Under the pieces are notes generated by a model. The model saw nothing but the letters and a program-made list of their open reading frames with translations. It did not search any database and was not told where the DNA came from. A program made the translations under genes and the position numbers. This document shows, one piece after another, positions 23,301 to 38,300 of a DNA stretch of 64,000 bases. Origin of the DNA: Auanema rhodensis (Eukaryota > Animalia > Nematoda). The number at the start of each line of letters is the position of its first letter. Positions within the stretch are counted from its first letter, which is position 1. The stretch covers positions 19,406,001-19,470,000 of the forward strand of contig OZ059899.1 in assembly GCA_964057225.1 (NCBI GenBank), given 5' to 3'.

Positions 23301-26300
23301 TTGATTTTTTCGTTGAATAACATTGTCCATTGTCTTTGCCTTGAAAAAAGGAATCTAAAAACATCTACTTTTTGTGAAATTATTTTGAAATTTTTAGGGA
23401 AATTTTTTGTCAAAATGTTTTTGGAAGCAATGTTGAGAGTACATGGAAACTCAACATACACTAATGCATCATTTTTCAAACGATCATAACTAATTTTTGT
23501 ATTGAGCGTTTCTCAATGTAGTATAGTGCATTCGATGCGGATTTTTAAGCTGCGTCGATCTATGTTATCAGATTTGCGCTATCTTTAAAATGCACCGAGA
23601 TATCAACTGTTATAAGTTCACACTTATATCCTCGATTTTCACCCTGAAGAATTAATTTTTTTGTTGAATAACATTGTCCATCGTCTTCGCCTTTAAAAAA
23701 GAAATCTAAAAACATCTACTTTTTGTAAAATTATTTTGAAATTTTTAGGGAAAATTTTTGTCAAAATGTTTTTGGAAGCAATGTTGAGTGTACATGGAAA
23801 CTCAACATACACTAATGCATCATTTTTCAAACGATCATAACTAATTTTTGTATTAAGCGTTTCTCAATGTAGTATAGTGCATTCGATGCGGATTTTCAAT
23901 CTGCGTCGATCTGTGTTATCAGATTTGCGCTATCTTTAAAATGCACCGAGATATCAACTGATATATGTTCACACTTATATCCTCGATTTTCAACCTGAAG
24001 AATTAATTTCTTCGTTGAATAACAATGTCCATCGTCTTCGCCTTGAAAAAAAGAATCTAAAAACATCTAATTTTTGTGAAATTATCTTGAAATTTTTAGG
24101 GAAAATTTTTGTCAAAATGTTTTTGGAAGCAATGTTGAGTATACATGGAAACTCAACATACACTAATGCATCATTTTTCAAACGATCATAACTAATTTTT
24201 GTATTAAGCGTTTTTTAATGTAGTATAGTGCCTTCGATGCGGATTTTTAAGCTGCGTCGATCTATGTTATCAGATTTGCGCTAGCTTAAAAATGCACCGA
24301 GATATCAACTGATATAAGTTCACACTTATATCCTCGATTTTCACCCTGAAAAATTGATTTTTTCGTTGAATAACATTGTCCATCGTCTTTGCCTTGAAAA
24401 AAGGAATCTAAAAACATCTAATTTTTGTGAAATTATCTTGAAATTTTTAGGGAAAATTTTTGTCAAAATGTTTTTGGAAGCAATGTTGAGTATACATGGA
24501 AACTCAACATACACTAATACATCATTTTTTAAACGATCATAACTAATTTTTGTATTGAGGGTTTCTCAATGTAGTATGGTGCATTCGATGCGGATTTTTA
24601 AGCTGCGTCGATCTGTGTTATCAGATTTGCGCTATCTTTAAAATGCACCGAGATATCAACTGATATAAGTTCACACTTATATCCTCGATTTTCACCCTGA
24701 AAAATTGATTTTTTCGTTGAATAACATTGTCCATTGTCTTTGCCTTGAAAAAAGGAATCTAAAAACATCTACTTTTTGTGAAATTATTTTGAAATTTTTA
24801 GGGAAATTTTTTGTCAAAATGTTTTTGGAAGCAATGTTGAGTGTACATGGAAACTCAACATACACTAATGCATCATTTTTCAAACGATCATAACTAATTT
24901 TTGTATTGAGCGTTTCTCAATGTAGTATAGTGCATTCGATGCGGATTTTTAAGCTGCGTCGATCTATGTTATCAGATTTGCGCTAGCTTAAAAATGCACC
25001 GAGATATCAACTGATATAAGTTCACACTTATATCCTCGATTTTCACCCTGAAAAATTGATTTTTTCGTTGAATAACATTGTCCATTGTCTTTGCCTTGAA
25101 AAAAGGAATCTAAAAACATCTAATTTTTGTGAAATTATCTTGAAATTTTTAGGGAAAATTTTTGTCAAAATGTTTTTGGAAGCAATGTTGAGTGTACATG
25201 GAAACTCAACATACACTAATGCATCATTTTTCAAACGATCATAACTAATTTTTGTATTAAGCGTTTCTCAATGTAGTATAGTGCATTCGATGCGGATTTT
25301 CAATCTGCGTCGATCTGTGTTATCAGATTTGCGCTATCTTTAAAATGCACCGAGATATCAACTGATATATGTTCACACTTATATCCTCGATTTTCAACCT
25401 GAAGAATTAATTTCTTCGTTGAATAACAATGTCCATCGTCTTCGCCTTGAAAAAAAGAATCTAAAAACATCTAATTTTTGTGAAATTATCTTGAAATTTT
25501 TAGGGAAAATTTTTGTCAAAATGTTTTTGGAAGCAATGTTGAGTATACATGGAAACTCAACATACACTAATACATCATTTTTTAAACGATCATAACTAAT
25601 TTTTGTATTGAGGGTTTCTCAATGTAGTATGGTGCATTCGATGCGGATTTTTAAGCTGCGTCGATCTGTGTTATCAGATTTGCGCTATCTTTAAAATGCA
25701 CCGAGATATCAACTGATATAAGTTCACACTTATATCCTCGATTTTCACCCTGAAAAATTGATTTTTTCGTTGAATAACATTGTCCATTGTCTTTGCCTTG
25801 AAAAAAGGAATCTAAAAACATCTACTTTTTGTGAAATTATTTTGAAATTTTTAGGGAAATTTTTTGTCAAAATGTTTTTGGAAGCAATGTTGAGTGTACA
25901 TGGAAACTCAACATACACTAATGCATCATTTTTCAAACGATCATAACTAATTTTTGTATTGAGCGTTTCTCAATGTAGTATAGTGCATTCGATGCGGATT
26001 TTTAAGCTGCGTCGATCTATGTTATCAGATTTGCGCTAGCTTAAAAATGCACCGAGATATCAACTGATATAAGTTCACACTTATATCCTCGATTTTCACC
26101 CTGAAAAATTGATTTTTTCGTTGAATAACATTGTCCATTGTCTTTGCCTTGAAAAAAGGAATCTAAAAACATCTAATTTTTGTGAAATTATCTTGAAATT
26201 TTTAGGGAAAATTTTTGTCAAAATGTTTTTGGAAGCAATGTTGAGTGTACATGGAAACTCAACATACACTAATGCATCATTTTTCAAACGATCATAACTA

Positions 26301-29300
26301 ATTTTTGTATTAAGCGTTTCTCAATGTAGTATAGTGCATTCGATGCGGATTTTCAATCTGCGTCGATCTGTGTTATCAGATTTGCGCTATCTTTAAAATG
26401 CACCGAGATATCAACTGATATATGTTCACACTTATATCCTCGATTTTCAACCTGAAGAATTAATTTCTTCGTTGAATAACAATGTCCATCGTCTTCGCCT
26501 TGAAAAAAAGAATCTAAAAACATCTAATTTTTGTGAAATTATCTTGAAATTTTTAGGGAAAATTTTTGTCAAAATGTTTTTGGAAGCAATGTTGAGTATA
26601 CATGGAAACTCAACATACACTAATGCATCATTTTTCAAACGATCATAACTAATTTTTGTATTAAGCGTTTTTTAATGTAGTATAGTGCCTTCGATGCGGA
26701 TTTTTAAGCTGCGTCGATCTATGTTATCAGATTTGCGCTAGCTTAAAAATGCACCGAGATATCAACTGATATAAGTTCACACTTATATCCTCGATTTTCA
26801 CCCTGAAAAATTGATTTTTTCGTTGAATAACATTGTCCATCGTCTTTGCCTCGAAAAAAGGAATCTAAAAACATCTAATTTTTGTGAAATTATCTTGAAA
26901 TTTTTAGGGAAAATTTTTGTCAAAATGTTTTTGGAAGCAATGTTGAGTATACATGGAAACTCAACATACACTAATACATCATTTTTTAAACGATCATAAC
27001 TAATTTTTGTATTGAGGGTTTCTCAATGTAGTATGGTGCATTCGATGCGGATTTTTAAGCTGCGTCGATCTGTGTTATCAGATTTGCGCTATCTTTAAAA
27101 TGCACCGAGATATCAACTGATATAAGTTCACACTTATATCCTCGATTTTCACCCTGAAAAATTGATTTTTTCGTTGAATAACATTGTCCATTGTCTTTGC
27201 CTTGAAAAAAGGAATCTAAAAACATCTACTTTTTGTGAAATTATTTTGAAATTTTTAGGGAAATTTTTTGTCAAAATGTTTTTGGAAGCAATGTTGAGTG
27301 TACATGGAAACTCAACATACACTAATGCATCATTTTTCAAACGATCATAACTAATTTTTGTATTGAGCGTTTCTCAATGTAGTATAGTGCATTCGATGCG
27401 GATTTTTAAGCTGCGTCGATCTATGTTATCAGATTTGCGCTATCTTTAAAATGCACCGAGATATCAACTGTTATAAGTTCACACTTATATCCTCGATTTT
27501 CACCCTGAAGAATTAATTTCTTCGTTGAATAACAATGTCCATCGTCTTCGCCTTGAAAAAAAGAATCTAAAAACATCTAATTTTTGTGAAATTATCTTGA
27601 AATTTTTAGGGAAAATTTTTGTCAAAATGTTTTTGGAAGCAATGTTGAGTATACATGGAAACTCAACATACACTAATGCATCATTTTTCAAACGATCATA
27701 ACTAATTTTTGTATTAAGCGTTTTTTAATGTAGTATAGTGCATTCGATGCGGATTTTTAAGCTGCGTCGATCTGTGTTATCAGATTTGCGCTATCTTTAA
27801 AATGCACCGAGATATCAACTGTTATAAGTTCACACTTATATCCTCGATTTTCACCCTGAAGAATTAATTTTTTTGTTGAATAACATTGTCCATCGTCTTC
27901 GCCTTTAAAAAAGAAATCTAAAAACATCTACTTTTTGTGAAATTATTTTGAAATTTTCAGGGAAAATTTTTGTCAAAATGTTTTTGGAAGCAATGTTGAG
28001 TGTACATGGAAACTCAACATACACTAATGCATCATTTTTCAAACGATCATAACTAATTTTTGTATTAAGCGTTTCTCAATGTAGTATAGTGCATTCGATG
28101 CGGATTTTCAATCTGCGTCGATCTGTGTTATCAGATTTGCGCTATCTTTAAAATGCACCGAGATATCAACTGATATATGTTCACACTTATATCCTCGATT
28201 TTCAACCTGAAGAATTAATTTCTTCGTTGAATAACAATGTCCATCGTCTTCGCCTTGAAAAAAAGAATCTAAAAACATCTAATTTTTGTGAAATTATCTT
28301 GAAATTTTTAGGGAAAATTTTTGTCAAAATGTTTTTGCAAGCAATGTTGAGTATACATGGAAACTCAACATACACTAATACATCATTTTTTAAACGATCA
28401 TAACTAATTTTTGTATTGAGGGTTTCTCAATGTAGTATGGTGCATTCGATGCGGATTTTTAAGCTGCGTCGATCTGTGTTATCAGATTTGCGCTATCTTT
28501 AAAATGCACCGAGATATCAACTGATATAAGTTCACACTTATATCCTCGATTTTCACCCTGAAAAATTGATTTTTTCGTTGAATAACATTGTCCATCGTCT
28601 TTGCCTTGAAAAAAGGAATCTAAAAACATCTACTTTTTGTGAAATTATTTTGAAATTTTTAGGGAAATTTTTTGTCAAAATGTTTTTGGAAGCAATGTTG
28701 AGTGTACATGGAAACTCAACATACACTAATGCATCATTTTTCAAACGATCATAACTTATTTTTGTATTGAGCGTTTCTCAATGTAGTATAGTGCATTCGA
28801 TGCGGATTTTTAAGCTGCGTCGATCTATGTTATCAGATTTGCGCTATCTTTAAAATGCACCGAGATATCAACTGATATAAGTTCACACTTATATCCTCGA
28901 TTTTCACCCTGAAGAATTAATTTTTTTGTTGAATAACATTGTCCATCGTCTTTGCCTTGAAAAAAGGAATCTAAAAACATCTACTTTTTGTGAAATTATT
29001 TTGAAATTTTTAGGGAAATTTTTTGTCAAAATGTTTTTGGAAGCAATGTTGAGTGTACATGGAAACTCAACATACACTAATGCATCATTTTTCAAACGAT
29101 CATAACTAATTTTTGTATTGAGCGTTTCTCAATGTAGTATAGTGCGTTCGATGCGGATTTTTAAGCTGCGTCGATCTATGTTATCAGATTTGCGCTATCT
29201 TTAAAATGCACCGAGATATCAACTGTTATAAGTTCACACTTATATCCTCGATTTTCACACTGAAGAATTAATTTTTTTGTTGAATAACATTGTCCATCGT

Positions 29301-32300
29301 CTTCGCCTTTGAAAAAGAAATCTAAAAACATCTACTTTTTGTGAAGTTATTTTGAAATTTTTAGGGAAAATTTTTGTCAAAATGTTTTTGGAAGCAATGT
29401 TGAGTGTACATGAAAACTCAACATACACTAATGCATCATTTTTCAAACGATCATAACTAATTTTTGTATTAAGCGTTTCTCAATGTAGTATAGTGCATTC
29501 GATGCGGATTTTCAATCTGCGTCGATCTGTGTTATCAGATTTGCGCTATCTTTAAAATGCACCGAGATATCAACTGATATATGTTCACACTTATATCCTC
29601 GATTTTCAACCTGAAGAATTAATTTCTTCGTTGAATAACAATGTCCATCGTCTTCGCCTTGAAAAAAAGAATCTAAAAACATCTAATTTTTGTGAAATTA
29701 TCTTGAAATTTTTAGAGAAAATTTTTGTCAAAATGTTTTTGGAAGCAATGTTGAGTATACATGGAAACTCAACATACACTAATGCATCATTTTTCAAACG
29801 ATCATAACTAATTTTTGTATTAAGCGTTTTTTAATGTAGTATAGTGCATTCGATGCGGATTTTTAAGCTGCGTCGATCTGTGTTATCAGATTTGCGCTAT
29901 CTTTAAAATGCACCGAGATATCAACTGTTATAAGTTCACACTTATATCCTCGATTTTCACCCTGAAGAATTAATTTTTTTGTTGAATAACATTGTCCATC
30001 GTCTTCGCCTTTAAAAAAGAAATCTAAAAACATCTACTTTTTGTGAAATTATTTTGAAATTTTTAGGGAAAATTTTTGTCAAAATGTTTTTGGAAGCAAT
30101 GTTGAGTGTACATGGAAACTCAACATACACTAATGCATCATTTTTCAAACGATCATAACTAATTTTTGTATTAAGCGTTTCTCAATGTAGTATAGTGCAT
30201 TCGATGCGGATTTTCAATCTGCGTCGATCTGTGTTATCAGATTTGCGCTATCTTTAAAATGCACCGAGATATCAACTGATATATGTTCACACTTATATCC
30301 TCGATTTTCAACCTGAAGAATTAATTTCTTCGTTGAATAACAATGTCCATCGTCTTCGCCTTGAAAAAAGGAATCTAAAAACATCTACTTTTTGTGAAAT
30401 TATCTTGAAATTTTTCGGAAAAATTTTTGTCAAAATGTTTTTGGAAGCTATGTTGAGTGTACATGGAAACTCAACATACACTAATGCATCATTTTTCAAA
30501 CGATCATAACTAATTTTTGTATTAAGCGTTTCTCAATGTAGTATAGTGCATTCGATGCGGATTTTTAAGCTGCGTCGATCTGTGTTATCAGATTTGCGCT
30601 AGCTTAAAAATGCACCGAGATATCAACTGATATAAGTTCACACTTATATCCTCGATTTTCACCCTGAAGAATTAATTTTTTCGTTGAATAACATTGTCCA
30701 TCGTCTTCGCCTTGAAAAAAGGAATCTAAAAACATCTACTTTTTGTGAAATTATCTTGAAATTTTTCGGAAAAATTTTTGTCAAAATGTTTTTGGAAGCT
30801 ATGTTGAGTGTACATGGAAACTCAACATACACTAATGCATCATTTTTCAAACGATCATAACTAATTTTTGTATCGAGCGTTTCTCAATGTAGTATAGTGC
30901 ATTCGATGCGGATTTTTAAGCTGCGTCGATCTGTGTTATCAGATTTGCGCTATCTTTAAAATGCACCGAGATATCAACTGTTATAAGTTCACACTTATAT
31001 CCTCGATTTTCACCCTGAAGAATTAATTTTTTTGTTGAATAACATTGTCCATCGTCTTCGCCTTTAAAAAAGAAATCTAAAAACATCTACTTTTTGTGAA
31101 ATTATTTTGAAATTTTTAGGGAAAATTTTTGTCAAAATGTTTTTGGAAGCAATGTTGAGTGTACATGGAAACTCAACATACACTAATGCATCATTTTTCA
31201 AACGATCATAACTAATTTTTGTATTAAGCGTTTCTCAATGTAGTATAGTGCATTCGATGCGGATTTTCAATCTGCGTCGATCTGTGTTATCAGATTTGCG
31301 CTATCTTTAAAATGCACCGAGATATCAACTGATATATGTTCACACTTATATCCTCGATTTTCAACCTGAAGAATTAATTTCTTCGTTGAATAACAATGTC
31401 CATCGTCTTCGCCTTGAAAAAAAGAATCTAAAAACATCTAATTTTTGTGAAATTATCTTGAAATTTTTAGGGAAAATTTTTGTCAAAATGTTTTTGGAAG
31501 CAATGTTGAGTATACATGGAAACTCAACATACACTAATGCATCATTTTTCAAACGATCATAACTAATTTTTGTATTAAGCGTTTTTTAATGTAGTATAGT
31601 GCATTCGATGCGGATTTTTAAGCTGCGTCGATCTGTGTTATCAGATTTGCGCTATCTTTAAAATGCACCGAGATATCAACTGTTATAAGTTCACACTTAT
31701 ATCCTCGATTTTCACCCTGAAGAATTAATTTTTTTGTTGGATAACATTGTCCATCGTCTTCGCCTTTAAAAAAGAAATCTAAAAACATCTACTTTTTGTG
31801 AAATTATTTTGAAATTTTTAGGGAAAATTTTTGTCAAAATGTTTTTGGAAGCAATGTTGAGTGTACATGGAAAGTCAACATACACTAATGCATCATTTTT
31901 CAAACGATCATAACTAATTTTTGTATTAAGCGTTTCTCAATGTAGTATAGTGCATTCGATGCGGATTTTCAATCTGCGTCGATCTGTGTTATCAGATTTG
32001 CGCTATCTTTAAAATGCACCGAGATATCAACTGATATATGTTCACACTTATATCCTCGATTTTCAACCTGAAGAATAAATTTCTTCGTTGAATAACAATG
32101 TCCATCGTCTTCGCCTTGAAAAAAAGAATCTAAAAACATCTAATTTTTGTGAAATTATCTTGAAATTTTTAGGGAAAATTTTTGTCAAAATGTTTTTGGA
32201 AGCAATGTTGAGTATACATGGAAACTCAACATACACTAATGCATCATTTTTCAAACGATCATAACTAATTTTTGTATTAAGCGTTTTTTAATGTAGTATA

Positions 32301-35300
32301 GTGCATTCGATGCGGATTTTTAAGCTGCGTCGATCTGTGTTATCAGATTTGCGCTAGCTTAAAAATGCACCGAGATATCAACTGATATAAGTTCACACTT
32401 ATATCCTCGATTTTCACCCTGAAGAATTAATTTCTTCGTTGAATAACATTGTCCATCGTCTTCGCCTTGAAAAAAGGAATCTAAAAACATCTATTTTTTG
32501 TGAAATTATCTTGAAATTTTTCGGAAAAATTTTTGTCAAAATGTTTTTGGAAGCTATGTTGAGTGTACATGGAAACTCAACATACACTAATGCATCATTT
32601 TTCAAACGATCATAACTAATTTTTGTATCGAGCGTTTCTCAATGTAGTATAGTGCATTCGATGCGGATTTTTAAGCTGCGTCGATCTGTGTTATCAGATT
32701 TGCGCTAGCTTAAAAATGCACCGAGATATCAACTGATATAAGTTCACACTTATATCCTCGATTTTCACCCTGAAGAATTAATTTTTTCGTTGAATAACAT
32801 TGTCCATCGTCTTCGCCTTGAAAAAAGGAATCTAAAAACATCTACTTTTTGTGAAATTATCTTGAAATTTTTCGGAAAAATTTTTGTCAAAATGTTTTTG
32901 GAAGCTATGTTGAGTGTACATGGAAACTCAACATACACTAATGCATCATTTTTCAAACGATCATAACTAATTTTTGTATCGAGCGTTTCTCAATGTAGTA
33001 TAGTGCATTCGATGCGGATTTTTAAGCTGCGTCGATCTATGTTATCAGATTTGCGCTATCTTAAAAATGCACCGAGATATCAACTGATATAAGTTCACAC
33101 TTATATCCTCGATTTTCAACCTGAAGAATTAATTTCTTCGTTGAATAACAATGTCCATCGTCTTTGCCTTAAAAAAAAAATCTAAAAACATCTACTTTTT
33201 GTGAAATTATTTTGAAATTTTTAGGGAAAATTTTTGTCAAAAAGTTTTTGGAAGCAATGTTGAGTGTACATGGAAACTCAACATACACTAATGCATCATT
33301 TTTCAAACGATCATAACTAATTTTTGTATTGAGCGTTTCTCAATGTAGTATAGTGCATTCGATGCGGATTTTTAAGCTGCGTCGATCTATGTTATCAGAT
33401 TTGCGCTATCTTAAAAATGCACCGAGATATCAACTGATATAAGTTCACACTTATATCCTCGATTTTCAACCTGAAGAATTAATTTCTTCGTTGAATAACA
33501 TTGTCCATCGTCTTCGCCTTGAAAAAAGGAATCTAAAAACATCTATTTTTTGTGAAATTATCTTGAAATTTTTCGGAAAAATTTTTGTCAAAATGTTTTT
33601 GGAAGCTATGTTGAGTGTACATGGAAACTCAACATACACTAATGCATCATTTTTCAAACGATCATAACTAATTTTTGTATCGAGCGTTTCTCAATGTAGT
33701 ATAGTGCATTCGATGCGGATTTTTAAGCTGCGTCGATCTGTGTTATCAGATTTGCGCTAGCTTAAAAATGCACCGAGATATCAACTGATATAAGTTCACA
33801 CTTATATCCTCGATTTTCACCCTGAAGAATTAATTTTTTCGTTGAATAACATTGTCCATCGTCTTCGCCTTGAAAAAAGGAATCTAAAAACATCTACTTT
33901 TTGTGAAATTATCTTGAAATTTTTCGGAAAAATTTTTGTCAAAATGTTTTTGGAAGCTATGTTGAGTGTACATGGAAACTCAACATACACTAATGCATCA
34001 TTTTTCAAACGATCATAACTAATTTTTGTATCGAGCGTTTCTCAATGTAGTATAGTGCATTCGATGCGGATTTTTAAGCTGCGTCGATCTATGTTATCAG
34101 ATTTGCGCTATCTTAAAAATGCACCGAGATATCAACTGATATAAGTTCACACTTATATCCTCGATTTTCAACCTGAAGAATTAATTTCTTCGTTGAATAA
34201 CAATGTCCATCGTCTTTGCCTTAAAAAAAAAATCTAAAAACATCTACTTTTTGTGAAATTATTTTGAAATTTTTAGGGAAAATTTTTGTCAAAAAGTTTT
34301 TGGAAGCAATGTTGAGTGTACATGGAAACTCAACATACACTAATGCATCATTTTTCAAACGATCATAACTAATTTTTGTATTGAGCGTTTCTCAATGTAG
34401 TATAGTGCATTCGATGCGGATTTTTAAGCTGCGTCGATCTATGTTATCAGATTTGCGCTATCTTAAAAATGCACCGAGATATCAACTGATATAAGTTCAC
34501 ACTTATATCCTCGATTTTCAACCTGAAGAATTAATTTCTTCGTTGAATAACAATGTCCATCGTCTTCGCCTTAAAAAAAAATCTAAAAACATCTACTTTT
34601 TGTGAAATTATTTTGAAATTTTTAGGGAAAATTTTTTTCAAAAAGTTTTTGGAAGCAATGTTGAGTGTACATGGAAACTCAACATACACTAATACATCAT
34701 TTTCTAAACGATCATAACTAATTTTTGTATTGAGGGTTTCTCAATGTAATATAGTGCATTCGATGCGGATTTTTAAGCTGCGTCGATCTATGTTATCAGA
34801 TTTGCGCTATCTTAAAAATGCACCGAGATATCAACTGATATAAGTTCACACTTATATCCTCGATTTTCAACCTGAAGAATTAATTTCTTCGTTGAATAAC
34901 AATGTCCATCGTCTTTGCCTTGAAAAAAGAAATCTAAAAACATCTACTTTTTGTGAAATTATTTTGAAATTTTTCGGGAAAATTTTTGTCAAAATGTTTT
35001 TGGAAGCAATGTTGAGTGTACATGGAAACTCAACATACACTAATACATCATTTTCTAAACGATCATAACTAATTTTTGTATTGAGGGTTTCTCAATGTAA
35101 TATAGTGCATTCGATGCGGATTTTTAAGCTGCGTCGATCTATGTTATCAGATTTGCGCTATCTTAAAAATGCACCGATATATCAACTGATATAAGTTCAC
35201 ACTTATATCCTCGATTTTCACCCTGAAGAATTAATTTTTTCGTTGAATATTATTGTCCATCGTCTTCGCCTTGAAAAACGAAATCTAAAAACATCTACTT

Positions 35301-38300
35301 TTTGTGAAATTATTTTGAAATTTTCAGGGAAAATTTTTGTCAATATGTTTTTGGAAGCAATGTTGAGTGTACATGGAAACTCAACATACACTAATGCATC
35401 TTTTTTCAAACGATCATAACTAATTTTTGTATTGAGCGTTTCTCAATGTAGTATAGTGCATTCGATGCGGATTTTTAAGCTGCGTCGATCTGTGTTATCA
35501 GATTTGCGCTATCTTTAAAATGCACCGAGATATCAACTGTTATAAGTTCACACTTATATCCTCGATTTTCACCCTGAAGAATTAATTTTTTTGTTGAATA
35601 ACATTGTCCATCGTCTTCGCCTTTAAAAAAGAAATCTAAAAACATCTACTTTTTGTGAAATTATCTTGAAATTTTTAGGGAAAATTTTTGTCAAAATGTT
35701 TTTGGAAGCAATGTTGAGTATACATGGAAACTCAACATACACTAATGCATCATTTTTCAAACGATCATAACTAATTTTTGTATTAAGCGTTTTTTAATGT
35801 AGTATAGTGCATTCGATGCGGATTTTTAAGCTGCGTCGATCTGTGTTATCAGATTTGCGCTATCTTTAAAATGCACCGAGATATCAACTGTTATAAGTTC
35901 ACACTTATATCCTCGATTTTCACCCTGAAGAATTAATTTTTTTGTTGAATAACATTGTCCATCGTCTTCGCCTTTAAAAAAGAAATCTAAAAACATCTAC
36001 TTTTTGTGAAATTATTTTGAAATTTTTAGGGAAAAATTTTGTCAAAATGTTTTTGGAAGCAATGTTGAGTGTACATGGAAACTCAACATACACTAATGCA
36101 TCATTTTTCAAACGATCATAACTAATTTTTGTATTAAGCGTTTCTCACTGTTGTATAGTGCATTCGATGCGGATTTTTAAGCTGCGTCGATCTATGTTAT
36201 CAGATTTGCGCTAGCTTAAAAATGCACCGAGATATCAACTGATATAAGTTCACACTTATATCCTCGATTTTCACCCTGAAGAATTAATTTCTTCGTTGAA
36301 TAACATTGTCCATCGTCTTCGCCTTGAAAAAAAGAATCTAAAAACATCTAATTTTTGTGAAATTATCTTGAAATTTTTAGGGAAAATTTTTGTCAAAATG
36401 TTTTTGGAAGCAATGTTGAGTATACATGGAAACTCAACATACACTAATGCATCATTTTTCAAACGATCATAACTAATTTTTGTATTAAGCGTTTTTTAAT
36501 GTAGTATAGTGCATTCGATGCGGATTTTTAAGCTGCGTCGATCTGTGTTATCAGATTTGCGCTAGCTTAAAAATGCACCGAGATATCAACTGATATAAGT
36601 TCACACTTATATCCTCGATTTTCACCCTGAAGAATTAATTTCTTCGTTGAATAACATTGTCCATCGTCTTCGCCTTGAAAAAAGGAATCTAAAAACATCT
36701 ATTTTTTGTGAAATTATCTTGAAATTTTTCGGAAAAATTTTTGTCAAAATGTTTTTGGAAGCTATGTTGAGTGTACATGGAAACTCAACATACACTAATG
36801 CATCATTTTTCAAACGATCATAACTAATTTTTGTATCGAGCGTTTCTCAATGTAGTATAGTGCATTCGATGCGGATTTTTAAGCTGCGTCGATCTATGTT
36901 ATCAGATTTGCGCTATCTTAAAAATGCACCGAGATATCAACTGATATAAGTTCACACTTATATCCTCGATTTTCAACCTGAAGAATTAATTTCTTCGTTG
37001 AATAACAATGTCCATCGTCTTTGCCTTAAAAAAAAAATCTAAAAACATCTACTTTTTGTGAAATTATTTTGAAATTTTTAGGGAAAATTTTTGTCAAAAA
37101 GTTTTTGGAAGCAATGTTGAGTGTACATGGAAACTCAACATACACTAATGCATCATTTTTCAAACGATCATAACTAATTTTTGTATTGAGCGTTTCTCAA
37201 TGTAGTATAGTGCATTCGATGCGGATTTTTAAGCTGCGTCGATCTATGTTATCAGATTTGCGCTATCTTAAAAATGCACCGAGATATCAACTGATATAAG
37301 TTCACACTTATATCCTCGATTTTCACCCTGAAGAATTAATTTCTTCGTTGAATAACATTGTCCATCGTCTTCGCCTTGAAAAAAGGAATCTAAAAACATC
37401 TATTTTTTGTGAAATTATCTTGAAATTTTTCGGAAAAATTTTTGTCAAAATGTTTTTGGAAGCTATGTTGAGTGTACATGGAAACTCAACATACACTAAT
37501 GCATCATTTTTCAAACGATCATAACTAATTTTTGTATCGAGCGTTTCTCAATGTAGTATAGTGCATTCGATGCGGATTTTTAAGCTGCGTCGATCTATGT
37601 TATCAGATTTGCGCTATCTTAAAAATGCACCGAGATATCAACTGATATAAGTTCACACTTATATCCTCGATTTTCAACCTGAAGAATTAATTTCTTCGTT
37701 GAATAACAATGTCCATCGTCTTTGCCTTAAAAAAAAAATCTAAAAACATCTACTTTTTGTGAAATTATTTTGAAATTTTTAGGGAAAATTTTTGTCAAAA
37801 AGTTTTTGGAAGCAATGTTGAGTGTACATGGAAACTCAACATACACTAATGCATCATTTTTCAAACGATCATAACTAATTTTTGTATTGAGCGTTTCTCA
37901 ATGTAGTATAGTGCATTCGATGCGGATTTTTAAGCTGCGTCGATCTATGTTATCAGATTTGCGCTATCTTAAAAATGCACCGAGATATCAACTGATATAA
38001 GTTCACACTTATATCCTCGATTTTCAACCTGAAGAATTAATTTCTTCGTTGAATAACATTGTCCATCGTCTTCGCCTTAAAAAAAGGAATCTAAAAACAT
38101 CTATTTTTTGTGAAATTATCTTGAAATTTTTCGGAAAAATTTTTGTCAAAATGTTTTTGGAAGCTATGTTGAGTGTACATGGAAACTCAACATACACTAA
38201 TGCATCATTTTTCAAACGATCATAACTAATTTTTGAATCGAGCGTTTCTCAATGTAGTATAGTGCATTCGATGCGGATTTTTAAGCTGCGTCGATCTATG

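Noticed and set aside
20844-28754. Plus-strand 62 aa ORFs (MIFSLNN...)
   Set aside because: They exist only where a substitution converts TTAATT to TTGATT and creates a TTG start. They overlap the antisense ORF and are a haplotype marker, not genes.
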